From: a virus
IMG/VR virus record: IMGVR_UViG_3300031758_000036
Location: 21,757 to 85,756 of that record
Reading direction: 5' to 3' (one strand)
DNA length: 64,000 bases
Shown here: positions 37,717 through 46,678 of the stretch, piece after piece
Position numbering within the stretch: position 1 is the stretch's first letter
Layout: every line of letters starts with the position of its first letter
Notes under the pieces: generated by a model
Told to the model about the DNA's origin: nothing
Database searches by the model: none
What the model saw: only the letters and a program-made list of their open reading frames with translations
Translations under genes and position numbers: made by a program

Positions 37717-40250
37717 TGGCTACTAGAGCTGGTAAAATCTTTCTTGAAAAAGCAGGATCAGACCGCGAAATGGTTCGCGAGCTGCGAAAAGCTAAGACGC
37801 AAAGGAAAGAAGGTGGCCAGCAAATAGTACTGCATCAGTTTATCAAATCGGTATCTCCTAACTATAAATTTTACAAGGTCCACGCAGAATTAACGAAACA
37901 ACTGCAGCGAATCATTGACGGAAAATGCAAGCGGTTAATTATTCAAATTCCACCAAGGACTGGTAAAAGTTTTCTGTCCTCTAAGTTATTTCCAGCAGCA
38001 TATTTACTGGCCCATCCAGATCGATATGCTGGCATCGTCTCCTATAGCGCAGAGCTGGCTGAAGGCTTCTCGCGGTCTGCCAGAGATTACTACAGGCAGG
38101 CTGGAGGGACATTTGACCCATACAAGCAAGCCGTAAACGATTGGGGTACCCAAGGCGGTGGCGGGTTATGGGCGTCGGGTGTTGGAGGCGCTATCACCGG
38201 CCGCTCAGGCCATTTGCTGATCATTGACGACCCTGTCAAGAACAGGGAAGACGCTGACAGCCCAAGGGTGATGGAAAAACTATGGGACTGGTACACATCG
38301 ACTCTTTACACTCGCCTTGAACCAGAAGTCGGATCAATTGTTGTGATTCAATGCATGACCGGTGATACAAATGTAACCATGAGCGATGGTTCTTGCCGCA
38401 GGCTGGATACAATTAGGCCAGGCGATGAAGTCTTGTCATGGAAGAATGGATCTGCTGTTACTAGAACTGTACTGAATCATAAATGTCAGGGAGAGGACGA
38501 TGTATTTGAGATAAGAACCGCGAGTAGTAGGGTGAAGGCGAATGCGAGGCATCCGTTTTTAGTGCAACGCGAAGATGGGGCCCATGAATGGGTCAGGGTT
38601 GAGGATTTACGGATTGGCGATTCCCTGGTGGCGTCATCCCGCCTTGAATTTGACAATCCCGCGCAAGTAACCGAGCAACAGGCTTGGCTTCTTGGTTATA
38701 TGTTTGGAGATGGCTGGATAACCAGTCGAACCGGTACGCGGCTAGATGCCAATGGTAAAAGGTATCCAAGATCAGGATTCGTAACATGTGTTGCATGTCC
38801 CAAACCAGACGAGGAAAGGGAAAAGATTATGACAGCGTTTCAATCGATATGGGGTTTTAGGCCGAAACTGACTCGTTATGGCTACTACAGGACCGAGAGG
38901 CAGGAGCCAGGGAAATGGTTCACTGCTTTTGGGCTTACTGGAACAGCCAAGACCAAGAGGGTGCCATTGTGGATGTACTCTCAGCCTGCTGAGATTCGCC
39001 AAGCCTTTTTATCTGGATATCACGAAGCGGATGGCGCTACATTTAGTACGGGCAAGGCCGCAGGTAGGTATACGTTTGGCTCATGTAACCCAGATCTGAT
39101 CAACGATATTAGACAAATAGCAAGGGGATTGGGATATTCAGTCACGAATATTAGCGTATATGAAAGCATGATACAAGCTCCCAACAGTCCTGCGCCAGTA
39201 TTATCTAAAAATTGCAATTTACAATTCAACCCATGGTCAAAAAACGAATCAGAATTTCGTACTCATAAAATCAGATCAATTAAAAATATTGGGAGGGAAT
39301 TAGTATATGACATTCAAGTCGAGGACACCGAATGTTTCATAGCAGATGGACTAGTGTCTCACAATACTCGCTGGAGCGAAAATGACCTGATTGGCAGGCT
39401 GATTGAGTCTGAAATGAACGTATCCGAAAAAGGCAGAGAAAATTGGACAATACTTGACCTGCCTGCTATATCCGAGGATGCTGGTTCGCGACCGCCACTG
39501 CCAGAGCATTGCGATGTTGTACCTGATTGGCGAGAAGAGTCTGGGCTAGCACTGTGCCCACAGCGATATGGTATAGAAGAATACGAACGCATACGTGAAG
39601 CGATAGGCACCAGGGATTTTGCTGCTTTGTATCAGCAGCGACCAGCACCTGAGGGCGGCAATATGTTTGACCCTAGTTGGTGGCAATACTATGATCACGG
39701 CACTGAGCTGCCGGAGTTCCAAAGGTTAATGCTTAGCGTTGACTGTACTTTTACTAACTCTAGTTCTAGTGACTATGTTGTTGGTAGCGTAGTAGCCCAA
39801 GCCGGCAATCGATTTTATGTAATCGATATGGTCAGGGAGAAAATGGATATCATTGCAACGATATCAATGATATCAAGAATGTATAACAAACATGCACTTA
39901 GCGGCACGATTATTGAACTTGCAGCGTCTGGTTATGCTGCTTATCAAATGCTAAGCAAAAAAGTGCCAGGTTTAATTGGTTTCAAGCCAGAGAAATCAAA
40001 AACAGCTCGCGCTGCTGGTATCGTCCCAATAATCGAAGCAGGTAATGTGTATTTACCAACAAGCGCACCTTGGCTAGATGCCTTTGTGAATGAATTCAGC
40101 CTATTCCCAGCAGCAAAGAACGATGACATCGTCGACTCTGTTGGCATGGCTATTAATTACATGTCTCAAAGATCGGCTCCCGTGATGACAGAAGTTAGCT
40201 GGGGCCGTGGAACAACTTTACCCTATAATTATAATAACAGTGTAATCTAA
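37716..40250 (+). CDS. Terminase large subunit, intein-containing
   Basis: PPRTGKS, LLIIDDPVKN, ALYQQRP, SVDCTF..SDY, NDDIVDS. Confidence 0.95.
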   Translation: MATRAGKIFLEKAGSDREMVRELRKAKTQRKEGGQQIVLHQFIKSVSPNYKFYKVHAELTKQLQRIIDGKCKRLIIQIPPRTGKSFLSSKLFPAAYLLAHPDRYAGIVSYSAELAEGFSRSARDYYRQAGGTFDPYKQAVNDWGTQGGGGLWASGVGGAITGRSGHLLIIDDPVKNREDADSPRVMEKLWDWYTSTLYTRLEPEVGSIVVIQCMTGDTNVTMSDGSCRRLDTIRPGDEVLSWKNGSAVTRTVLNHKCQGEDDVFEIRTASSRVKANARHPFLVQREDGAHEWVRVEDLRIGDSLVASSRLEFDNPAQVTEQQAWLLGYMFGDGWITSRTGTRLDANGKRYPRSGFVTCVACPKPDEEREKIMTAFQSIWGFRPKLTRYGYYRTERQEPGKWFTAFGLTGTAKTKRVPLWMYSQPAEIRQAFLSGYHEADGATFSTGKAAGRYTFGSCNPDLINDIRQIARGLGYSVTNISVYESMIQAPNSPAPVLSKNCNLQFNPWSKNESEFRTHKIRSIKNIGRELVYDIQVEDTECFIADGLVSHNTRWSENDLIGRLIESEMNVSEKGRENWTILDLPAISEDAGSRPPLPEHCDVVPDWREESGLALCPQRYGIEEYERIREAIGTRDFAALYQQRPAPEGGNMFDPSWWQYYDHGTELPEFQRLMLSVDCTFTNSSSSDYVVGSVVAQAGNRFYVIDMVREKMDIIATISMISRMYNKHALSGTIIELAASGYAAYQMLSKKVPGLIGFKPEKSKTARAAGIVPIIEAGNVYLPTSAPWLDAFVNEFSLFPAAKNDDIVDSVGMAINYMSQRSAPVMTEVSWGRGTTLPYNYNNSVI
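38352..39365 (+). mobile_element. Intein (338 aa) with LAGLIDADG homing endonuclease
   Basis: Starts CMTGDT, block B ANARHPFL, LGYMFGDG and LSGYHEADG, ends VYDIQV..GLVSHN followed by Thr; excision restores VVIQ-TRWSENDL. Confidence 0.95.
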
Positions 40251-40880
40251 ATGTCAAGAAAATCGCTAGATTTCAAGCTAACGCCACAACAGCAGAAAAT
40301 GGCGATAGACAATATCAATTTAGCTCGCCGGGAGGCTTGGCGGGTGCAAAGAACCACTGGAATTGAATATTCTGTTCTAGAAGGAGCCGCTTTTCTGGGG
40401 CTATGTAAGGCGTGCCATCGATTCGACCCCGAATCGGGATATAAATTTTCCAGTCTTGCAACTCCAACAATCAGAGGCGAGATATTGCATTGGGTGCGTG
40501 ATAAAACCTATGCTATGCGTTTATCGCATAAAATGAGAGAGAATTGGATAAAAGGAAGGAAGATGCTATTCAATGGCTCTAATGATCTGCAAATAGCAAA
40601 AGCATTAGAGATGTCGATCGAAGAATGGCAAGAAACCAGGTCGGCATGTTCAGGCCCTCCCCTTGAACTGAAAGATCAGGCAATGCCTTCCGATCCGTTG
40701 GAGCCCGAGGAAGTTGACTTCAAATGTGATTACAGGTCAAAAGCAGAGGAAGCAATAGGAATGATGAGCGAAAAAGAACACGATATGCTAATAGCATATT
40801 ATAAAGGTGACACATCGAAACCACCCATAAGGCAGTTCAAGTATCTGTGTGCAAATCTTAAGAATTATAACATTACATGA
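40251..40880 (+). CDS. SigF/SigB-like (group 3) sigma factor, apparently lacking region 4.2
   Basis: NINLARREA..GLCKACHRFDPESGYKFSSLATPTIRGEILHWVRD; IAKALEMSIEEW. Confidence 0.85.
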   Translation: MSRKSLDFKLTPQQQKMAIDNINLARREAWRVQRTTGIEYSVLEGAAFLGLCKACHRFDPESGYKFSSLATPTIRGEILHWVRDKTYAMRLSHKMRENWIKGRKMLFNGSNDLQIAKALEMSIEEWQETRSACSGPPLELKDQAMPSDPLEPEEVDFKCDYRSKAEEAIGMMSEKEHDMLIAYYKGDTSKPPIRQFKYLCANLKNYNIT

Positions 40881-40935
40881 AGGCGGTATCCAATCCCTAA
40901 GTTGGTGCTAGCCTGAACCAAGAGCCCCGGCACCA

Positions 40936-42522
40936 ATGGGAAAAGCGACGATAAGTGATTATACCATCAAGACGATCAAAGATATTCCTATTACGTCAAT
41001 CCTAGAGAAAGAGGGCGTTCTGTGCAAGAAAGTCGGAAGAGAGGCGGTAACACTATGTCCATGGCATAACGACAAGAATCCATCTTTAACCATAAACGAT
41101 GAGAAGGGATTTTGTTTTTGCTTTGTTTGTCAAACAGGTAGCGATGGTATCGGTTTTATTCAAGAGAAGTTTGGTCTGTCTTTTGCTGATACGATAATCA
41201 AGATCGCCAGATCGCACGAAGTAGAAGTAATATATGAGGATCTGAATCCAGAGCTGGCGGCAGAAGAAGCCAGGCGAAAGGTTGAACTGATAAACCAATT
41301 AAATGCCGAGCACGAATCATATAGAAAATTTATCAAAGACCCAAGAGCACAACGTATCAGGGATTTACTGGATTCCCGTGGTATACAGCCAAGTACCTGT
41401 AGGCATTTTGAACTTGGCTATGCCCCGAATGGTTTTTTCGCTGATCGCATTACAGTACCTATTCATGACCACAGGGGAACGCTGATCGGCTTCAGTGGCA
41501 GAGCGACAAGAGATGAAGTCAAGCCAAAGTATAAAAACTCAGAGAATGATGATCATTTCGATAAATCAAAAATTGTATTCAATGAGCATCGAGCGTCCCA
41601 ATATGCAAGAGAAGCAGACAGTCTGATTTTTGTTGAAGGTCATTTCGATGTAATTGCATTGTGGCAATATGGCATAAAAAACGTGGTAGCCATTCAAGGT
41701 ACTGCTCCTCCCACGGAATCGACAATCAATAGGCTTGCGCGGCGTACGAAGCGATTTATTTTATGTTTCGATTCTGATCAAGGTGGATTCAAGGCAACCG
41801 AGCAATTCATCAAGGTAGCTGGACCCTTGGCCTGCAGAGGTGATCTGACTATTTCTGTAGCAACACTTCCTGATGGAATGGACCCAGATGATTGTATCAA
41901 TGCGAACATTGATTTGTATTCGGTAATCGAAAATGCAAAGCCATGGCTCGACTGGCAACTTGAAACGTGGCTGTCATCAGTAGATAGGACGGACACCGCG
42001 CTGTTCACTCAAATAGAATCCAGAACCAGGGCGCTTGTCGAATCGATACAGTCGCCTGTCTTGAGGCAGTATTATATCGACAAGGCATCACGGATACTTG
42101 CTCCTGACGACAAGTCAGCGTTAAAAATTGCTAAGCAATGGGCAGATAATACTGAAGCGGTCAAATATAAAAAGAAATGGTCAAGACCGACGCCGGTTGA
42201 GATTCGTATCTTGGCAGAACGCAGGTTACTTAGACTGTATGTGCACTTCCCGGAGCTTCGCGCAGAAACCAAGCCTTTGATGGGCAGACTTCAGTCTCCA
42301 GCTCACAGGTGGCTGTGGCAAAGAGTTCTAGACATTGAGTCATGTTGCCAGGGTCCCGATATCCTGAATGTTTTAATGGGATTATATTGTGTATGTGAAC
42401 CACATTATACCAGGCAGTTGCGCTCCATTGCTCAGCCAACTATTAACGTCCGCAAGGATGAAGGTATAATGAATCATATCAGCAAAATCCTTTCACAAGA
42501 ATTAATCATCGATGGCATCTAA
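40936..42522 (+). CDS. dnaG: DnaG-type DNA primase
   Basis: CHC2 finger CPWH..CFVC; IGFSGR, PKYKNS; TOPRIM EGHFDV, DSDQGG, DPDD. Confidence 0.95.
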   Translation: MGKATISDYTIKTIKDIPITSILEKEGVLCKKVGREAVTLCPWHNDKNPSLTINDEKGFCFCFVCQTGSDGIGFIQEKFGLSFADTIIKIARSHEVEVIYEDLNPELAAEEARRKVELINQLNAEHESYRKFIKDPRAQRIRDLLDSRGIQPSTCRHFELGYAPNGFFADRITVPIHDHRGTLIGFSGRATRDEVKPKYKNSENDDHFDKSKIVFNEHRASQYAREADSLIFVEGHFDVIALWQYGIKNVVAIQGTAPPTESTINRLARRTKRFILCFDSDQGGFKATEQFIKVAGPLACRGDLTISVATLPDGMDPDDCINANIDLYSVIENAKPWLDWQLETWLSSVDRTDTALFTQIESRTRALVESIQSPVLRQYYIDKASRILAPDDKSALKIAKQWADNTEAVKYKKKWSRPTPVEIRILAERRLLRLYVHFPELRAETKPLMGRLQSPAHRWLWQRVLDIESCCQGPDILNVLMGLYCVCEPHYTRQLRSIAQPTINVRKDEGIMNHISKILSQELIIDGI

Positions 42523-42742
42523 CGATTCTCCGGCATACGTCATGCACACCATGAACGGATGCTCTTACTGTAATCAAGCAAAAGCATTATTTGATTATTA
42601 CGGCGTATCTTATCAGGTAAAATATGAAAAGGCACCCGACTGGGATACTTTCCCTGGCATCTACAAAGTAAAACCGGATGGTCTTGAACTGATTGGTGGT
42701 TTCTCCGAACTTGCCAAATATTCCTACGAAAACGGTCTATGA
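42512..42742 (+). CDS. Glutaredoxin
   Basis: CSYC, TFP, IGGFSEL. Confidence 0.85.
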   Translation: MASNDSPAYVMHTMNGCSYCNQAKALFDYYGVSYQVKYEKAPDWDTFPGIYKVKPDGLELIGGFSELAKYSYENGL

Positions 42743-42999
42743 TTTATGCTCAATCTCAATTCTATATCTTTCTAATCTTTTTAGTATTTTTATTCTGCCT
42801 GTTTCCGGAAGACTGTATCATATTTGCAGGACTGCTGCAATCCTGGATCCGCATTGGCATCCTTAACTACTATTTAATGTTTCGTGCCTGGCTGATGTAT
42901 CAGCAAATTAGGTCGGACATGGCTAAGCTAGGAATGCCCGCGCCACCTTTCAAGTTCGTTCCAATATGGCAAAGACAGCCTCCGCAAAGAAAACCTTAA
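42739..42999 (+). CDS. Small membrane protein
   Basis: Hydrophobic N-terminus. Confidence 0.5.
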   Translation: MIYAQSQFYIFLIFLVFLFCLFPEDCIIFAGLLQSWIRIGILNYYLMFRAWLMYQQIRSDMAKLGMPAPPFKFVPIWQRQPPQRKP

Positions 43000-43109
43000 A
43001 CGGCAACAACCGCCCCCTGGAACGGATTGGCAAAAAGACCACGCAAGGAAATGGCTTGCGTTCTAAGCCCAAGAAGGGGCAGAAAGCCTACAGGGGTCAA
43101 GGGCGCTAA
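42966..43109 (+). CDS. 47-aa basic peptide
   Basis: KKTTQGNG..KAYRGQGR, a recurrent phage peptide family; below ORF-track cutoff. Confidence 0.6.
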   Translation: MAKTASAKKTLNGNNRPLERIGKKTTQGNGLRSKPKKGQKAYRGQGR

Positions 43110-43455
43110 TGGAACAGCATCCAGGATTGACGGGACCGATTGCCCTATCTGTCTTAGTGGTCAAGGAGAAGTTGGCCGAAGGTAACCTGGCTCATGTAGT
43201 CAGTTTCTTGTATTGCCTTCATAAGTACCACCTACAGGAATGGGTTCTCGTAAAAAGGCTACTCCTGTCGTCAGCAGTTGATTCTCGTTCACTTCTGACC
43301 ATAGCAACAGTCCTGGATGCATCAAAGAAAACCACACTTTCTGAATCAGCACGCATAATTCCTGGGCTTTCATTCTTCTTGCATGAACCGCCTTGTCAAG
43401 AATTATTAGACTGATATTAAAATAAAGGTAATCTATTTTCCCACCAGCGAAAAAC

Positions 43456-45810
43456 ATGACTGAATTTAACGACTTTGCCCCTTCCGCTCCTGCTGTTTTT
43501 TATCGTTCCTACTCTCGGCGAAAGGAAAATGGCGTCCGGGAAAATTTCAATGAAGCAATCACCAGGACCATCAATGCAATTGCTCAAGTGGGCGAATTGA
43601 ATCCAGATCAGACTAATCTGATCCTTGAAATGGGCTTGAAGCAACACTGCTTTCCAAGCGGCCGCGCTCTATGGGTTGCCGGTACTGAATGGGCTCAGAA
43701 GCAAGACAATTTTCCTGGATACTACAACTGCTGTTCGATGCACGTTGATGACGTATCGATATTTGGATTATTGATGGAGTTGGCTATGATGGGCACTGGA
43801 ACTGGTGCCGTCTTAGAGGAAGAAGTCGTCAATAAATTGCCGCGAATTAACCGAGCGGTATTCATCGAATCAGTGGATGAAAATATCTTCTCCGTGGGAG
43901 GCGTTCCTGATACGGAAATCGAATACGAATTAACCGAAGATAATAATCCTGTTATCAGGATTCTAGTGGGGGATTCTCGCCAAGGATGGGCTTCTGCTTA
44001 CCAGGGATTAATTGAGCTAGCCACTGGCAAGACAGCGAAAGGCGAGCCTCAATCAAATAATGCAGTTGATGCCAAGATAATCCTTGATCTAACTCAGGTT
44101 CGACCAAGCGGACAGCCGTTGAAGGGATTTGGAGGCACAGCTAATCCTGTCAGGCTTAGGGAGACTTTTGAACGGGCGGCCAATATCTTAAGTAAAGCAG
44201 TTGGGCGTAAACTGACATCAATTGAATGCTGTCTGCTGATCGACGAAGCAGCGAGTGCTGTTGTCGCTGGTAACATCAGGCGCAGCGCCGGGATGCGTCA
44301 GTTTGGTTCTAATGACGCCGAGGCTATCGTTGCAAAAGATGGTCTATACAAGCAAGATGAATCCGGCAACTGGAGTGTAGATCCGGAGAAAGAAGCTCTG
44401 CGTATGGCTAACCATACGCGTTGTTTTCATTCCAAACCCAGTCTTGAAGAAGTAAAAGAGGCTGTAACGAAACAATTTTGGTCTGGTGAGGGCGCAATTA
44501 TGTACGTGCCGGAATCAGTAGCTCGCGCAAATGTCGATCTGCTAGATAATAAACAGAAAAAAGATTTCTTTCTGTCTACTTATGTCAATGGTAGCAGGGA
44601 TGCAGCCAAGAAATACTTAAAAGTACTTGCAAAGGAAACCGGTAAAGCTATCGACAACAAAACCCTTGATCATCGCATGGATCGTTATGGACTTAATCCT
44701 TGCGGGGAGATCATTATGCGAGATAACCTTTGCAATCTTGCAGAAGTCCATCTTAACACAATAGACCCAAAGGACATAGATTTACAAAAAAAAGCATTCT
44801 ATGCAGCGGGTCTTCAGGTTGCTTCTTTATTGCGTCACAAGTTTTCTCCCGAGCGATTGGCCTATAGTCGTGAGATTGATCCTATTGTTGGTGTCAGTTT
44901 CACGGGATTATTTGACTTTCTTGTTCACGCATTTGGGGCTGATTGGCTTACCTGGATGATGGATGGCGCACGCGTCGGCTTCTATCATAAAAAGTACACC
45001 AATAAACTTATTGAATATCTTACGATTTGGAAAACAAGTGCCGAAAAAGCAGTTAAAGATTACTGTGAAGAGCACAGCATTCGTATTCCCAACAGATTTA
45101 CCACCGTACAACCTGCTGGATCAAAGAGCCTGTTGACTGGGGCCTCTCCCGGCTGGCACCCACCCAAAGCCCAGCGATTCATTCGTCGAATTACTTTTGG
45201 TGTGAACGATCCGCTAGTTAGTGCCTTGCGTGATTATGGATACAATGTGATTCCAGCTCAAAGTGCCAGGGATGAGCAAGGGAACCTGCTGGATGACATT
45301 GCTGATCCCAGGGTTCAAGAAGTATTGGTAGAAATTCCTACGGAAGTTTCCTGGGCAAACATTCCTGGCTGTGATGTTCATGATTTAAGTAAATTACCAA
45401 TAAAAGCTCAATGGTATCTTTACATGCATGTGCAGTTGTTCTATACAACTCATAATACATCCGCGACTCTTGAGTTCAGGGAAGATGAGATCGATCTACT
45501 TTCGGAGCTGATTACATCGAACATTCAAAATAACATGGGTTACATATCGGCTGCTCTCCTCGCTAGATTTGATGCTAATGAGACGTTCCCTCGGTTACCG
45601 TTTGAACCAATCAGCAAAGAAATCTTCGATCGGCGAATGGCTGCTGTAAACGCAGTCCGAAGTACTTTGCCGGAAGGGACAAATGTACTCGATCTTCTTG
45701 CGAAATACGATGCATCGGATTACGAACTCAAAGGCGCCGCTGGTTGTGATTCCGCCAAATGCTTAACTGAATCTGAAAAAGACACGGATCAAGTCGGACT
45801 TTTGAAGTGA
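43456..45810 (+). CDS. nrdJ: Class II (adenosylcobalamin-dependent) monomeric ribonucleoside-triphosphate reductase
   Basis: YRSYSR, PSGRALWVAGT, YNC, VVAGNIRRSA, GLNPCGEI..CNLAE, TTVQPAGSKSLL, C-terminal GCDSAKC. Confidence 0.9.
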   Translation: MTEFNDFAPSAPAVFYRSYSRRKENGVRENFNEAITRTINAIAQVGELNPDQTNLILEMGLKQHCFPSGRALWVAGTEWAQKQDNFPGYYNCCSMHVDDVSIFGLLMELAMMGTGTGAVLEEEVVNKLPRINRAVFIESVDENIFSVGGVPDTEIEYELTEDNNPVIRILVGDSRQGWASAYQGLIELATGKTAKGEPQSNNAVDAKIILDLTQVRPSGQPLKGFGGTANPVRLRETFERAANILSKAVGRKLTSIECCLLIDEAASAVVAGNIRRSAGMRQFGSNDAEAIVAKDGLYKQDESGNWSVDPEKEALRMANHTRCFHSKPSLEEVKEAVTKQFWSGEGAIMYVPESVARANVDLLDNKQKKDFFLSTYVNGSRDAAKKYLKVLAKETGKAIDNKTLDHRMDRYGLNPCGEIIMRDNLCNLAEVHLNTIDPKDIDLQKKAFYAAGLQVASLLRHKFSPERLAYSREIDPIVGVSFTGLFDFLVHAFGADWLTWMMDGARVGFYHKKYTNKLIEYLTIWKTSAEKAVKDYCEEHSIRIPNRFTTVQPAGSKSLLTGASPGWHPPKAQRFIRRITFGVNDPLVSALRDYGYNVIPAQSARDEQGNLLDDIADPRVQEVLVEIPTEVSWANIPGCDVHDLSKLPIKAQWYLYMHVQLFYTTHNTSATLEFREDEIDLLSELITSNIQNNMGYISAALLARFDANETFPRLPFEPISKEIFDRRMAAVNAVRSTLPEGTNVLDLLAKYDASDYELKGAAGCDSAKCLTESEKDTDQVGLLK

Positions 45811-45857
45811 TCTAAAACCGATAGAGCGTGCTAGACTGAGTCATCCAGACAACGTCT

Positions 45858-46106
45858 ATGCACGCCTACCTTATCCCGTCAAGGTCCCACGACCATTACG
45901 GGCCAGAGGTCCAGGAAAAATTAGAAATTTTCCAGGATCTATGGAAAGGCTATTATAATACGACCTGGCTTGATCTAAAGGAAAATTGGATCAGACTGGA
46001 TGCAATTCAATCAGCCTGGGATGCTCTCGCCAAGGCAAGAAAGGCTGAAACCGGAACTGGTTTTTACGTTACACCCGAGCAATACAAAAATGTCCACAAT
46101 CGTTGA
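45858..46106 (+). CDS. Hypothetical protein
   Basis: Follows TGCTAGACT extended -10-like element. Confidence 0.5.
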   Translation: MHAYLIPSRSHDHYGPEVQEKLEIFQDLWKGYYNTTWLDLKENWIRLDAIQSAWDALAKARKAETGTGFYVTPEQYKNVHNR

Positions 46107-46614
46107 TTCTCAGATTGAGGCAATGGCCCTTAGCCAGCCTGCTTTAATAAAGCCTTTTCGCTTTGATCAGGTAAATCCAGCGTCTTACGATGTGCGACTT
46201 GCCGGAAAGATTTTAATTGAATCCGAAGATGGTCAGTGGATTCAGCAATCGCTGCCTTATATTCTTAGTCCCGGAGAGTTCATCCTAGGGGTAACTGAAG
46301 AATATTTCAATGTGCCTAATTACATGGAAGCAGTTTTTCAATTAAAATCTTCTCGCGGTCGGGAAGGATACGAGCATGTTCTTAGCGGCTATATTGACCC
46401 CGGCTACTCTGGCGAAATTACACTTGAATTAGTCAATGTTAATCGCTACAGGGCGCTTCCCTTGGTGAAAGACATGCTCATAGGTCAAGTTAGGTTCATG
46501 AAAACTGATCAGCCGTGCCGTGTCTCTTATGCAACCAAAGGGCACTATCAAGGCGACAGGGGTGTCAAGCCATCAAAGGTAAGTGTCTTCGGCGTTTGCA
46601 ACGAGAATCCATAG
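46090..46614 (+). CDS. dcd: dCTP deaminase
   Basis: QVNPASYDVRL, KSSRGREG, GYIDPGYSGEITLEL, YQGDRG. Confidence 0.9.
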   Translation: MSTIVDSQIEAMALSQPALIKPFRFDQVNPASYDVRLAGKILIESEDGQWIQQSLPYILSPGEFILGVTEEYFNVPNYMEAVFQLKSSRGREGYEHVLSGYIDPGYSGEITLELVNVNRYRALPLVKDMLIGQVRFMKTDQPCRVSYATKGHYQGDRGVKPSKVSVFGVCNENP

Positions 46615-46621
46615 TATTCCT

Positions 46622-46675
46622 GGAAACCTAAGGAAGCCATAGGCGTGACGCCGGCACAACACTAGGCGCGATGCC
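46622..46675 (+). promoter_or_regulatory. Late motif GGAAACCTA plus two GNGAY hairpins in portal leader
   Basis: GGC-GTGAC-GCC (46642-46652) and GGC-GCGAT-GCC (46665-46675). Confidence 0.6.
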
Positions 46676-46678
46676 CCC

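Noticed and set aside
43109-43457. Overlapping ORFs 43109-43414 (+) and 43200-43457 (-)
   Set aside because: Neither has recognisable motifs or clear translation signals; cannot decide which, if either, is real
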